Made by a program: the position numbers and the translations under genes. Under the pieces are notes generated by a model, which had not been told where the DNA came from, searched no databases, and saw only the letters and a list, made by a program, of their open reading frames with translations. Of a stretch of 64,000 bases of DNA, positions 1 through 8,747 are shown piece by piece. Source of the stretch: an uncultured Clostridia bacterium (GTDB lineage Bacteria > Bacillota > Clostridia > TANB77 > CAG-508); contig CAJFHE010000001.1 of NCBI GenBank assembly GCA_904378095.1, positions 12,018 through 76,017 on the forward strand, read 5' to 3'. Positions within the stretch are counted from its first letter, which is position 1. Every line of letters begins with the position of its first letter.

Positions 1-51
1 TAAGATTATTTATGCTTCATAACCTGTTCTATTAAAGAAAGGATTAATAAA

Positions 52-621
52 ATGAAAATTGGAATAGATATGGATGGCTGCATTACAGATATATCAAGAT
101 TTGTAGCAGACTATGGAGCAAAGTTTTGTTATGAAAATAATATTAAGTATAGCATCAAAGAAGATGAATATGACGAGTCAAAAGCATTAGGAATATCATT
201 AGAGGATGTAGAAAAATTTTGGAATGAATACTTACCATATTATTCTATAGAATATAATCCAAGAGAATTTGCTAGAGAAGTTATAGAAAAACTAAAACAA
301 GATAATGAAATATACATTATAACGGCAAGGAATGAAGAGGGGCTTCCACCAGAGTATTATGGAAAAATGCAAGAGTTGGTAAAAGCTTGGCTAAAGAAAT
401 ATAATATCAATTATGATAGATTGATTTTTACACAGGGAAGTAAATTACCATATTGCTTAGAAAATAACATTGACATAATGATAGAGGACTCTCCTAGAAA
501 TATTTTAGATATATCACAAAAAATACCAGTGCTTTGTTTCGACAATCCATATAATAAAAATATGGAGGGTAAAAACATAAAAAGAGTATATAGCTGGTAT
601 GATGTACTTAACAATATTTAG
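52..621 (+). CDS. HAD-superfamily phosphatase, 5'(3')-deoxyribonucleotidase-like
   Basis: 189-aa ORF. HAD motif I (IDMDGC) lies right after the start. A hairpin follows the stop. Confidence 0.55.
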   Translation: MKIGIDMDGCITDISRFVADYGAKFCYENNIKYSIKEDEYDESKALGISLEDVEKFWNEYLPYYSIEYNPREFAREVIEKLKQDNEIYIITARNEEGLPPEYYGKMQELVKAWLKKYNINYDRLIFTQGSKLPYCLENNIDIMIEDSPRNILDISQKIPVLCFDNPYNKNMEGKNIKRVYSWYDVLNNI

Positions 622-715
622 TTGAAGCAGGGAGACAGGTTATGAAACAATAGTAATAAATGTTACATGACCTGTCTTCATTTCTTGTTTTAGGGACATA
701 AGAAACGCTTTTTGT

Positions 716-1102
716 TTATTGCTTCTTAATCTTAGGCTTGGCAATAAGTGAAGCAATGTATCCGAAGAAGATGGCTGCAGCGATTCCACCAGCAGAGGCT
801 TTTACTCCACCGATAAATGCTCCAAGAAGGCCTGATGTCTGTGCTTCTGTGATTGCACCTTTCGCAAGGTTTGCACCAAATCCAAGCAATGGCACAGTTG
901 CTCCACATCCAGCAAAATCAATTACATGTTGATAAATACCTAGTGCACCAAGTATTACTCCTGCAGTAACAAAAATAACTAAAATTCTTGCAGATGTAAG
1001 TTTCGTTTTGTCAATTAAAATTTGTCCAATAATACAAATTAATCCTCCAACTACAAAGCATCTAAGTAGTTGCATCCAATCTATGCTTTGCAAAAAATCC
1101 AT
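716..1102 (-). CDS. spoVAE: stage V sporulation protein AE (SpoVAE)
   Basis: 128-aa polytopic membrane ORF with a typical SpoVAE sequence (GGLICIIGQILID..GFGANLAKG). It is the last gene of the spoVAC-AD-AE order. Confidence 0.85.
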   Translation of the reverse strand: MDFLQSIDWMQLLRCFVVGGLICIIGQILIDKTKLTSARILVIFVTAGVILGALGIYQHVIDFAGCGATVPLLGFGANLAKGAITEAQTSGLLGAFIGGVKASAGGIAAAIFFGYIASLIAKPKIKKQ

Positions 1103-1181
1103 AAATCACGACTCCTTTACTAAAGTTAGAATTCAGTGAAATGCTGGTGACAAATTTAAAGATGTCACCGAATTTCAATAT

Positions 1182-2240
1182 TTACTTATTGCCAAAATCT
1201 TGTTTTTTTCCTCCGTCCCCAAAAACAAGATTTTCAATTGCTATTGCATGAGCTATTCCAGGTATGCTTTCACCTTGTTGAGAGCTTGTGGAATTCATTA
1301 ATGCACCTGTAGCAATTAAAAGCAATCTATTAATACTTTTTTCTTTCAATTTTTTATAAAAATATCCAGAGAAAACAGAGCCAACACAGCCACAACCACT
1401 TCCGCCAGCATGAGTGTCCTGTGCATTTTTATCGAAAATAAGTACGCCACAGTCGTTGTAGTTATTTTTAATGTTGTAGCCTTGAGTTTCAGCCATTTCT
1501 GTTAAAATTTCTTTTCCAACATAACCTAAGTCACCAGTTATAATTGCATCATAGTAGCTAGGTTTTCTGCCGGTATCCTGAAGATGTGTAATAAGCGTAT
1601 CTAGTGCTGCTGGAGCCATTGCGGCTCCCATGTTATTAGCATCTTTTACACCCATGTCCACAATTTTACCCGGAGTAATGTAAGTTACCTGAGGACAAAC
1701 TTTATCTAAATTAGTATTAGACAAAATCGCAGCACCTGAGCCGGTTACTGTCCATTGGGCAGTTGGCGGTCTTTGGTTACCAAGCTCTAGAGGAAACCTA
1801 AATTGCTTTTCTGCACTACAAAAATGGCTAGATGTAGCACAAAGTACATTTTTGGCAGCTCCACTATCTATAAAAATGCTTCCTAAGCTCATACCTTCAA
1901 CAAAAGTGGAGCAAGCACCAAATATTCCAAAAAACGGAATATTAATTTCTCTAAGCCCAAAACTTGAAGAAATACATTGATTCAATAAATCACCTGCAAA
2001 GCAGTAATCTATATTTTGACTGGGAATGCAAGATTTAGCAATAACAGAATTAACATTTTCTTTAATAATCTTGCTTTCTGCCTTTTCCCATGTCTTTTCT
2101 CCCCAGAATTCATCTTCTAAGCATTGGTCAAAATATTTGGCAAGAGGACCTTGTGCTTCTTTGGGACCAACAATTGAAGAAGTTTCTAAAATGTATGGTG
2201 GGGAAGAAAATTGAATGGTTTGTTTTCCTATTTTATTCAT
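1182..2240 (-). CDS. spoVAD: stage V sporulation protein AD (SpoVAD), thiolase-like fold
   Basis: SpoVAD-like ORF. The ATG at 2240 follows GGAAGGTG, and the GTG at 2249 lies inside that RBS. The last ~16 codons are encoded by a copy of the 31-nt repeat. Confidence 0.9.
   Translation of the reverse strand: MNKIGKQTIQFSSPPYILETSSIVGPKEAQGPLAKYFDQCLEDEFWGEKTWEKAESKIIKENVNSVIAKSCIPSQNIDYCFAGDLLNQCISSSFGLREINIPFFGIFGACSTFVEGMSLGSIFIDSGAAKNVLCATSSHFCSAEKQFRFPLELGNQRPPTAQWTVTGSGAAILSNTNLDKVCPQVTYITPGKIVDMGVKDANNMGAAMAPAALDTLITHLQDTGRKPSYYDAIITGDLGYVGKEILTEMAETQGYNIKNNYNDCGVLIFDKNAQDTHAGGSGCGCVGSVFSGYFYKKLKEKSINRLLLIATGALMNSTSSQQGESIPGIAHAIAIENLVFGDGGKKQDFGNK
1199..1229 (-). repeat. 31-nt palindromic element R31, copy 1 (inside the spoVAD 3' coding end)
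   Basis: cttgtttttttcctccgtccccaaaaacaag, an exact copy. Translated on the minus strand as LVFGDGGKKQ. Confidence 0.95.
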
Positions 2241-2319
2241 AAAATTCACCTTCCTAAATTATTTGCTTTATTTGAAACTTGGACAAAAAGAAGAGTTCCT
2301 TCTGTCCAAGTCGTTAGAT

Positions 2320-2763
2320 TTAAACGAAAAAAGTAGCAATAATTCCTACAATAACAGAAGTGGAAATTCCATATACAAGAACTGGTCCTGCAACTGTGAA
2401 CATTTTTCCACCAACACCCATCACATATCCCTCAGATTTATATTCAATAGCAGGAGAGACAATAGAATTGGCAAATCCAGTAATAGGAACTAGTGAGCCG
2501 GCACCTGCAAATTTACCTATTTTATTAAAAATGTTAAGTGAAGTTAGTAGAGCAGCAATACCTATTAATACAATAGAAACAACAGTGGAGCATGAAGTAT
2601 CTTCCATACCTTTGTATTTACAAAAATCAAATATTATTTGACCAATGGAGCAAATTAATCCACCAACCCAAAAAGCATTAAAGCAATTCTTAAAAATGGG
2701 GGAGTTAGGAGATTTTTTATCTACATAGTCAAGATATTCTTGTTTAGTTTCAATTTTTTTCAT
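2320..2763 (-). CDS. spoVAC: stage V sporulation protein AC (SpoVAC)
   Basis: 147-aa membrane ORF (FWVGGLICSIGQ...GFANSIVSPA), first gene of the spoVAC/AD/AE triplet. Confidence 0.9.
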   Translation of the reverse strand: MKKIETKQEYLDYVDKKSPNSPIFKNCFNAFWVGGLICSIGQIIFDFCKYKGMEDTSCSTVVSIVLIGIAALLTSLNIFNKIGKFAGAGSLVPITGFANSIVSPAIEYKSEGYVMGVGGKMFTVAGPVLVYGISTSVIVGIIATFFV

Positions 2764-2790
2764 ATTAAAATCCTTTCCAAATTTTAAAGT

Positions 2791-3003
2791 TTAATCTCTG
2801 TCTCTATCAATGACAAAAGCTAAATCCAAATCTACATAATATTGAATTAGTTTTTTGCCATCAATTTTAGCCCTTTGGTCAATTACCCTTACCTGTGTTA
2901 AATAATCAATTGTTTTTGCAGCCTCTGCAACTGCTTGAACAACAGCATCTTTCCAAGATACGCTAGATGTTCCAGTAATACTTAAATGTTTTTCTATACC
3001 CAA
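2791..3003 (-). CDS. dodecin-family small flavin-binding protein
   Basis: 70-aa ORF with a dodecin-like pattern (ITGTSSVSWKDAV..A..TIDYL..V.V..Q...IDG). TTG start sits 9 nt after GGAGG. Confidence 0.65.
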   Translation of the reverse strand: MGIEKHLSITGTSSVSWKDAVVQAVAEAAKTIDYLTQVRVIDQRAKIDGKKLIQYYVDLDLAFVIDRDRD

Positions 3004-3104
3004 TTAAAATCAACCTCCAATTTAAATAATTTCATTTATATAATTTCCAATTATTTTCAAAATATACAAAAATATTAAAAAACTTTTATATATTTTTTGG
3101 AGCA

Positions 3105-3140
3105 CAAAAAAATGTAGGTCATTTTCTAATGAACCTACAT
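3105..3140 (-). terminator. intrinsic terminator downstream of rpmB
   Basis: ATGTAGGT/ACCTACAT stem followed by a T-run on the minus strand. Confidence 0.7.
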
Positions 3141-3185
3141 TATTACGCGTAATAAAATATATATAAATTATGTATAAACATAACC

Positions 3186-3383
3186 TTAAGCTCTAGTTAC
3201 TTTTCCAGAACGTAAGCATTTTGAGCATACAAATATAGTTTTTGTATCTCCATTTACAACTGCTTTAACTCTTCTTAAATTTGGTTTAAATGTTCTAGAT
3301 GTTCTTCTACTAACGTGAGAACGAGCTATACTTATTTTATTTCCGTGTGCTATTGATTTTTCACAAATTTCACATTTTGCCAT
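3186..3383 (-). CDS. rpmB: 50S ribosomal protein L28
   Basis: MAKCEICEKS...GNKISIARSHVSRRTSRTFKPNL.RV is a typical L28. The internal ATG at 3383 is preceded by GGAGGTG. Confidence 0.9.
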   Translation of the reverse strand: MAKCEICEKSIAHGNKISIARSHVSRRTSRTFKPNLRRVKAVVNGDTKTIFVCSKCLRSGKVTRA

Positions 3384-3501
3384 GATTTTGCACCTCCTAT
3401 ATGCGTGAATAAAATTGACTATATATAAGTTTATCACAAAAATGAATAAATTACAAGCGTTTTTGGTAAATTGCAATAAAAAATTTAGTGAGTATATTTT
3501 T

Positions 3502-4242
3502 TTACATCAATTCTCTTATAACTTCGCCTGCTATTAAAAGACCTGCGACAGAAGGAACGAAACTTATACTTGCAGGGATTTTAGCATCTGTTTTAATAGG
3601 CTCTTCTGTAGAATAAAGAACCTTCAAATGATTTATATTAAGCCTTCGTAATTCTTTTCGAATAACCTTAGCGAGTGGACATACAGATGTCTTATTTATA
3701 TCTGTAATTTCAAATCTAGATGCATCTAATTTATTTCCAGTGCCCATGCACGAGATTATCTTAATATCTTTATCATGACAATATTTAATAATTTCCAATT
3801 TAGAGCTAACTGTGTCAATAGCATCAATTACATAATCAATTTTAAACTTTGTTCCGCTATTCTCAATTGTTGTAGCATTATTTAAAATTATATTATTAGC
3901 AATTGCAAATATATTTTCTATATTATCTTTATTTACAATTTCTTTGATTGAGGCAACATTTATTTGTGGATTTATTTTTAGAATTCTAGCCTTTTCTGCG
4001 TCCACTTTAGCCATTCCAACAGTCTCAGTATCCGCAATAAGCTGCCTGTTAATATTAGTAATATCAACAACATCTTTGTCAACTATAGTTATATTGCCGA
4101 TACCAACTCTAACCAGACCTTCAACAACATATGAGCCTACTCCACCTAGTCCAAAAACTATAACATTAGAATTCTTTAATTTATTTATGCTCTCTTTTCC
4201 GATGAGCATTTCCTCTCTATTAAGCCAATTTATATTATCCAT
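3502..4242 (-). CDS. tcdA: ThiF/MoeB-family tRNA threonylcarbamoyladenosine dehydratase (TcdA-like)
   Basis: 246 aa with the Rossmann motif VFGLGGVGSY and TcdA/CsdL-like length and layout. Confidence 0.75.
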   Translation of the reverse strand: MDNINWLNREEMLIGKESINKLKNSNVIVFGLGGVGSYVVEGLVRVGIGNITIVDKDVVDITNINRQLIADTETVGMAKVDAEKARILKINPQINVASIKEIVNKDNIENIFAIANNIILNNATTIENSGTKFKIDYVIDAIDTVSSKLEIIKYCHDKDIKIISCMGTGNKLDASRFEITDINKTSVCPLAKVIRKELRRLNINHLKVLYSTEEPIKTDAKIPASISFVPSVAGLLIAGEVIRELM

Positions 4243-4421
4243 TTTGTTTACATCCTTTCATGTGTATTATTATAGCATATAAAGATTTCCTTGCGCAATA
4301 TAGGGACACTTCTAAATGTGAAAGATTTTGCACATTAGGGACAGTCCTAAGCAATATGACAAAAATATTCGATATTAAATTCACTTCAAATTTGAGGATA
4401 ATTTTTTTATCTTTATATCTA

Positions 4422-4517
4422 CAAAAATGTGATAAATATTACAGAAATACTTACAAAAGTGTGATATATTATGCAAAAATATTTGCAAAAATGTGATTTT
4501 AGATGTATAATTAGTAT
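4422..4517 (+). promoter_or_regulatory. three CAAAA(A/G)TGTGAT boxes at exact 32-bp spacing upstream of DUF4143 ATPase 1
   Basis: TGTGAT starts at 4428, 4460 and 4492. The middle box overlaps a -10-like TGATATATT. Confidence 0.6.
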
Positions 4518-4543
4518 AGAATAGTATATATTAATTATAGGAG

Positions 4544-5851
4544 ATGATTTGTTTGAAGAGATTGATATTAGAACAATTAATAAAATGGAAAGAAAGTAAA
4601 TATAGGAAACCATTAATTTTAAAAGGGGCAAGACAGATTGGAAAAACATATATTTTAAAACAATTCGGCGAAGAAAACTATGAAGGAGTAGCATACTTTA
4701 ACTTTGATCATGATGAGAATTTGTATAATTTATTTAGTAATACCAAAGACCCGAAAAGAATTTTAGAGCAATTGTCATTTATATATGGAAAAGCTATTAT
4801 TCCTGGAAAAACACTAATAATTTTTGATGAGATTCAAGAATGTCCAAATGCATTAAATAGTCTGAAATATTTTCAAGAAGAAGCAAACGAATATCATATT
4901 GCTTGCGCCGGTAGTTTGTTAGGAATAAGATTATCACACACATCTTTTCCAGTTGGCAAGGTTGATTTCTTAAATATGTATCCAATGACATTTACAGAAT
5001 TTTTAATTGCAGATAATTGCGAAAATTTGGTGGAATATATGAAAAGCATAGAAAAAATAGGAGCAATTCCTGATATATTTTTTAATCAACTAGAAGAAAA
5101 GCTAAAAGCTTACTTTATAATTGGTGGGATGCCGGAAGCAGTAAAAATATGGACAGAGGAAAAAAATATTGAACTAGTAAATAATATTCAAGAAAATATT
5201 TTAAAAGCTTATGAAAGTGATTTTTCAAAACATACTAGTAATAGTGAAGCAAACAAAATTTCTTTGATTTGGAATAATATACCTTCACAGCTTGCAAAAG
5301 AAAATAAAAAATTTCTTTATCAAACAATTAAAGAAGGTGCAAGAGCGAGAGAATATGAATCAGCTTTAAATTGGTTAAATGATGCTAACCTAATTTATAA
5401 AGTGTATAATTTAACTAAAACAGATTTTCCGCTAAAAGCATACAATGATTTAAGTGCTTTTAAAATTTATATAAATGATGTTGGTTTACTTAGAAGAATG
5501 GCTAATTTAGATAGTAGAATTGTAGTAGAGGGAGATAAATTATTTGAGGAATTTAAAGGCGCATTTACGGAGAATTTCATATTAAATATGTTATGCAGTA
5601 CGTTTGATATGGTACCTAATTATTATACATTTGATAGGCATGAAATTGATTTTATTATTCAATTTAAAAACAAAATTATTCCTATAGAGGTAAAATCAAA
5701 TAAAACAACCAATAATATTAGTTTAACAAGATACAATGAGAAAAATAATAATGAATTATCAATAAGGCTTTCAATGAATAATTTGGTTAGAGATGGCAAG
5801 ATATTGAATATTCCATTATTTTTAATCGAATTTTTAAATAAATTTATATAA
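4544..5851 (+). CDS. AAA+ ATPase with C-terminal DUF4143-type domain (paralog 1)
   Basis: Walker A GARQIGKT and Walker B LIIFDEIQ. Paralog of 16911..18248. The start could instead be the TTG at 4553. Confidence 0.8.
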   Translation: MICLKRLILEQLIKWKESKYRKPLILKGARQIGKTYILKQFGEENYEGVAYFNFDHDENLYNLFSNTKDPKRILEQLSFIYGKAIIPGKTLIIFDEIQECPNALNSLKYFQEEANEYHIACAGSLLGIRLSHTSFPVGKVDFLNMYPMTFTEFLIADNCENLVEYMKSIEKIGAIPDIFFNQLEEKLKAYFIIGGMPEAVKIWTEEKNIELVNNIQENILKAYESDFSKHTSNSEANKISLIWNNIPSQLAKENKKFLYQTIKEGARAREYESALNWLNDANLIYKVYNLTKTDFPLKAYNDLSAFKIYINDVGLLRRMANLDSRIVVEGDKLFEEFKGAFTENFILNMLCSTFDMVPNYYTFDRHEIDFIIQFKNKIIPIEVKSNKTTNNISLTRYNEKNNNELSIRLSMNNLVRDGKILNIPLFLIEFLNKFI

Positions 5852-5906
5852 TATAATTGAAAAACTTGTATATTTGGGACACTCCTTGAGGTAAAAAAAT
5901 GAAAAT

Positions 5907-5989
5907 ATTACAAAATTATTACAGCAATATTAAAAATATGTTACAAATATGCCTATAGGGTTGAAAAAAGCAGTCTGATAGTATAGAAT
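5907..5989 (+). promoter_or_regulatory. promoter of locus A: three (A/G)TTACA boxes, then TTGAAA-17-TAGAAT
   Basis: Boxes at 5907, 5918 and 5940 (offsets 0, +11, +33). -35 at 5961-5966 and -10 at 5984-5989. Homologous to 45722-45804. Confidence 0.55.
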
Positions 5990-6105
5990 AACATCGAGAT
6001 AGTTGTAGGAAAACTACAATATATGAAAAGTGGATTTAATATATATAATGTCACTTTGCAAATATGAAATGAGCAACAAAAAAATAATAAATAAAAGGAG
6101 AAAAA

Positions 6106-6252
6106 ATGCAACACAAAGAAACTGCTGAAACCCTTGAGACTGTACACACACACACACACACACACAAGTATTTCTATACAAGTGTGTCAATTTGCTATGT
6201 TTACAATACAAAAGAGGAACAAACAATACCTATGCGGAAGATAGCCGAGTAG
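6106..6252 (+). other. 48-codon leader ORF containing (CA)11; encodes an HTHTHTH dipeptide repeat
   Basis: AAGGAG RBS and ATG at 6106. The stop lies in AGTAGGCTTT, the homologous position to the locus B leader ORF stop. Confidence 0.3.
6144..6166. repeat. dinucleotide microsatellite (AC)11+A
   Basis: Uninterrupted acacac... run counted directly. Confidence 0.95.
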
Positions 6253-6290
6253 GCTTTGTTTGCGTTGCACAAAATAATATAAAGGAAATA

Positions 6291-6352
6291 ATAGGCTATA
6301 TATTTGAAACAAGAAAGTTAGAAAAATGTTTCTAGGAATAGCCTATATTTTT
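6291..6352 (+). terminator. hairpin plus T-run after the locus A leader ORF (terminator/attenuator-like)
   Basis: ATAGGCTATA/TATAGCCTAT outer stem, GAAAC/GTTTC inner stem, then TTTTT. Confidence 0.5.
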
Positions 6353-6525
6353 ATAACAAAAACATGCACTTAAAAATAAATGCAAAAAACAAGCAAGCGA
6401 GGTGAGTCAAAGTGAATATAGAAGAACAAATTGAAGTAAAAAGTATAAAATTAGAAAATAAGGACAAATATGCATAAAAAGTGCAAAATATGTGAATAAT
6501 GTTAAAAAATGGAGGAGGAGTAAAA

Positions 6526-6621
6526 GTGAAAGAAAAACTAAAAAGTAATCAAGCTATCACATTAATTGCATTAGTAATAACATTAGACACTATTGGTATT
6601 ATAGCACAAATGGAAATATGA
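6526..6621 (+). pseudogene. truncated remnant of a protein with a pilin-like hydrophobic N-terminus
   Basis: GGAGGAGGAG RBS and GTG start. VKEKLKSNQAITLIALVITL... stops after 31 codons. Confidence 0.4.
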
Positions 6622-6693
6622 GTGATTATGCAAGCGCAACATCAGGAGATTTCGGAACAGGAGAAAAGAACACGCAAACAATGCTCTAAAAGA

Positions 6694-6738
6694 TTATCCA
6701 CATTTTGGGTTTACCTCAATTTGTGGGTAATTTTTTTT
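6694..6738 (+). terminator. intrinsic terminator closing locus A
   Basis: TTATCCACA/TGTGGGTAA stem followed by T8. Confidence 0.65.
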
Positions 6739-6844
6739 GTCTCAAAAGTATAGCTAAAAGAACATTTATATGATACAATATGTACGTATATAAAAGCGAA
6801 AGTGGAAGACGAGAAAATAAAGAAGACAAAGGAGAAATTGAAAA

Positions 6845-7441
6845 ATGATATCATATATAAAAGGAAGCTTAGAATTAAAAACTATAGATTATGTAGTAAT
6901 AGATGTTGGAGGCATAGGATATAAAATATTTATGTCTGCAAATTCAATTGATAGATTAGGAGAAACTGGAGAAGTTGTAAAAGTATATACGTACATGAGG
7001 GTAAGGGAAGATGATATTAGCCTTTATGGATTTTGCACAAGCGAAGAATTAAAGTTATTTGAGCAATTGCTAGGTGTAAGTGGAGTTGGCGCAAAATCAG
7101 CATTAAGTATTCTGTCTAATATATCACCTTCAAGCTTTGCATTAGCTATAATTTCAGGAGATGTGGCTACATTAAAAGGATTGCCAGGAATTGGTGCAAA
7201 ATCAGCACAGAGAATGATATTGGAGCTAAAAGACAAGATGAAAACTCAGGATGCAATAGAAACAGAATTTATCCCTACAAAGGTTGTTGCAAGAAATGAT
7301 AAGGCACGTGATGCAATCGAGGCACTTCAAGTGCTTGGATATGCACGAAAAGACATAGATATGGCAATTGGAAACTTAGATACTGCCAACCTATCTGTAG
7401 AAGAGATTATAAAGCAAGGTTTGAAGTATTTAGGAATGTAA
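6845..7441 (+). CDS. ruvA: Holliday junction branch-migration complex subunit RuvA
   Basis: MISYIKG.L......YVVIDVGGIGY N-terminus and HhH motifs (GVSGVGAKSAL, LPGIGAKSAQR). Confidence 0.9.
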   Translation: MISYIKGSLELKTIDYVVIDVGGIGYKIFMSANSIDRLGETGEVVKVYTYMRVREDDISLYGFCTSEELKLFEQLLGVSGVGAKSALSILSNISPSSFALAIISGDVATLKGLPGIGAKSAQRMILELKDKMKTQDAIETEFIPTKVVARNDKARDAIEALQVLGYARKDIDMAIGNLDTANLSVEEIIKQGLKYLGM

Positions 7442-7461
7442 ATTCAGATAAATTATAAAAG

Positions 7462-8709
7462 ATGGAAGAAGGGACGGAAATGGATTTAAATCAGCCATTG
7501 GCTTATAGAATGAGACCAAAAACATTGGATGAATACGTAGGACAAGAGCATATATTAGGAAAAGATAAAATTTTGTATAGGACAATAAAAGCAGATAGGC
7601 TATCTAGTATTATACTTTGGGGACCTCCTGGGTGTGGTAAAACATCACTTGCAAGAGTAATAAGTAATACAACTAAATATAAATTTACAAGAATAAATGC
7701 GGTAACAGCTGGAATTGGAGATATAAAAAAGGCAATTGAAGATGCACAAAATTTACTTTTAAACCCTAGTGGAAGGTGTATTTTATTTATAGACGAGATA
7801 CATCGTTTTAACAAATTGCAACAGGACGCACTTTTGCCATATGTAGAAAATGGAACTGTAATTTTAATTGGAGCTACCACAGAAAATCCATATTTTGAGG
7901 TAAATAAGGCTTTAATTTCAAGGTCAATGGTATGTAAACTTAACCCACTTACCGAAGAGGATATATACAAGGTGCTCAAGAGGTCACTAGTGGCAGAAGA
8001 GGGACTAGCAAGCTATAATATAAAAATAGAAGATGAGACATTGAAAAAAATAGCTGAAGTTTCCAATGGAGATGTAAGAACAGCATTAAATGGGCTTGAA
8101 ATAGCAGTACTTACAACAGCTATGGATAAAGATGGGTATATACATATCACAGATGAAATAGCGGCAGATTGTATTCAAAGAAGAAAAGCAGTGTTTGATA
8201 AAAATGGAGATAGCCATTATGATAACATCAGCGCATTTATTAAATCCATGAGAGGAAGCGATACAGACGCAACAGTATTTTATTTAGCTAGAGCTATAGA
8301 TGGAGGGGAGGACCCAGTATTCATAGCAAGAAGAATAGTAATTTGTGCATCAGAAGATGTGGGGCTAGCAGACCCAAACGCACTAGTAGTAGCTACAGCT
8401 GCAATGCAAGCAGTAAATATGGTGGGGATGCCAGAGGCAAGAATAATTTTATCAGAAGCGGCTTTATATGTGGCTAGAGCTAAAAAATCAAATGCATCAT
8501 ATTTAGCAATTGATAAAGCTTTGAATGATGTGCGAACAAAGGACACAGGAGAAATACCAATGCACATACGAAATGCACCAGCAGAGGGAATGAGCCAATT
8601 TGGCTACCATGAAGGTTATAAATATCCGCATGATTACCCAGGTCATTGGGTAGAGCAGCAATACTTGCCAGATAAAATGGCAGGAACCAAATATTTAGGA
8701 GAAATTTAA
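7462..8709 (+). CDS. rarA: replication-associated recombination protein A (RarA/MgsA)
   Basis: Walker A GPPGCGKTS, Walker B FIDEIHRF and the MgsA C-terminal signature (GEDPVFIARRIVICASEDVGLADP). The start may be the ATG at 7480. Confidence 0.9.
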   Translation: MEEGTEMDLNQPLAYRMRPKTLDEYVGQEHILGKDKILYRTIKADRLSSIILWGPPGCGKTSLARVISNTTKYKFTRINAVTAGIGDIKKAIEDAQNLLLNPSGRCILFIDEIHRFNKLQQDALLPYVENGTVILIGATTENPYFEVNKALISRSMVCKLNPLTEEDIYKVLKRSLVAEEGLASYNIKIEDETLKKIAEVSNGDVRTALNGLEIAVLTTAMDKDGYIHITDEIAADCIQRRKAVFDKNGDSHYDNISAFIKSMRGSDTDATVFYLARAIDGGEDPVFIARRIVICASEDVGLADPNALVVATAAMQAVNMVGMPEARIILSEAALYVARAKKSNASYLAIDKALNDVRTKDTGEIPMHIRNAPAEGMSQFGYHEGYKYPHDYPGHWVEQQYLPDKMAGTKYLGEI

Positions 8710-8745
8710 AAAAGAGTGTTCATTTTTTATGAACACTCTAAAATA
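8710..8745. terminator. bidirectional terminator between rarA and the SPFH gene
   Basis: AGAGTGTTCAT/ATGAACACTCT stem with A/T runs on both sides. Confidence 0.7.
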
Positions 8746-8747
8746 TT

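Noticed and set aside
4438-4455. ATTACA/TTACA pair upstream of DUF4143 ATPase 1 as a member of the locus A/B ATTACA-box architecture
   Set aside because: Spacing is 12 rather than 11 nt, and only two boxes are present. Similarity in AT-rich DNA is too weak to claim a shared regulator.
4260-4694. ORFs 4260..4496 (+) and 4419..4694 (-) in the tcdA / DUF4143 intergenic region
   Set aside because: They have no RBS and low-complexity translations, and they overlap the phased TGTGAT promoter/operator region and the start of the ATPase gene.
5953-6226. Two 70-aa minus-strand ORFs (MCVCVCVY..., ...CVCVCVCVQ...) across the (CA)n tract
   Set aside because: They are artefacts of the microsatellite and AT-rich sequence. 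They have no RBS, consist of low-complexity hydrophobic junk, and lie antisense to the promoter/leader architecture shared with locus B.
7471-7478. GGGACGGA upstream of or inside the rarA 5' end as a seventh R31-related copy
   Set aside because: Only 8 nt match and there are no palindromic arms. It more plausibly just forms part of the RBS for the ATG at 7480.
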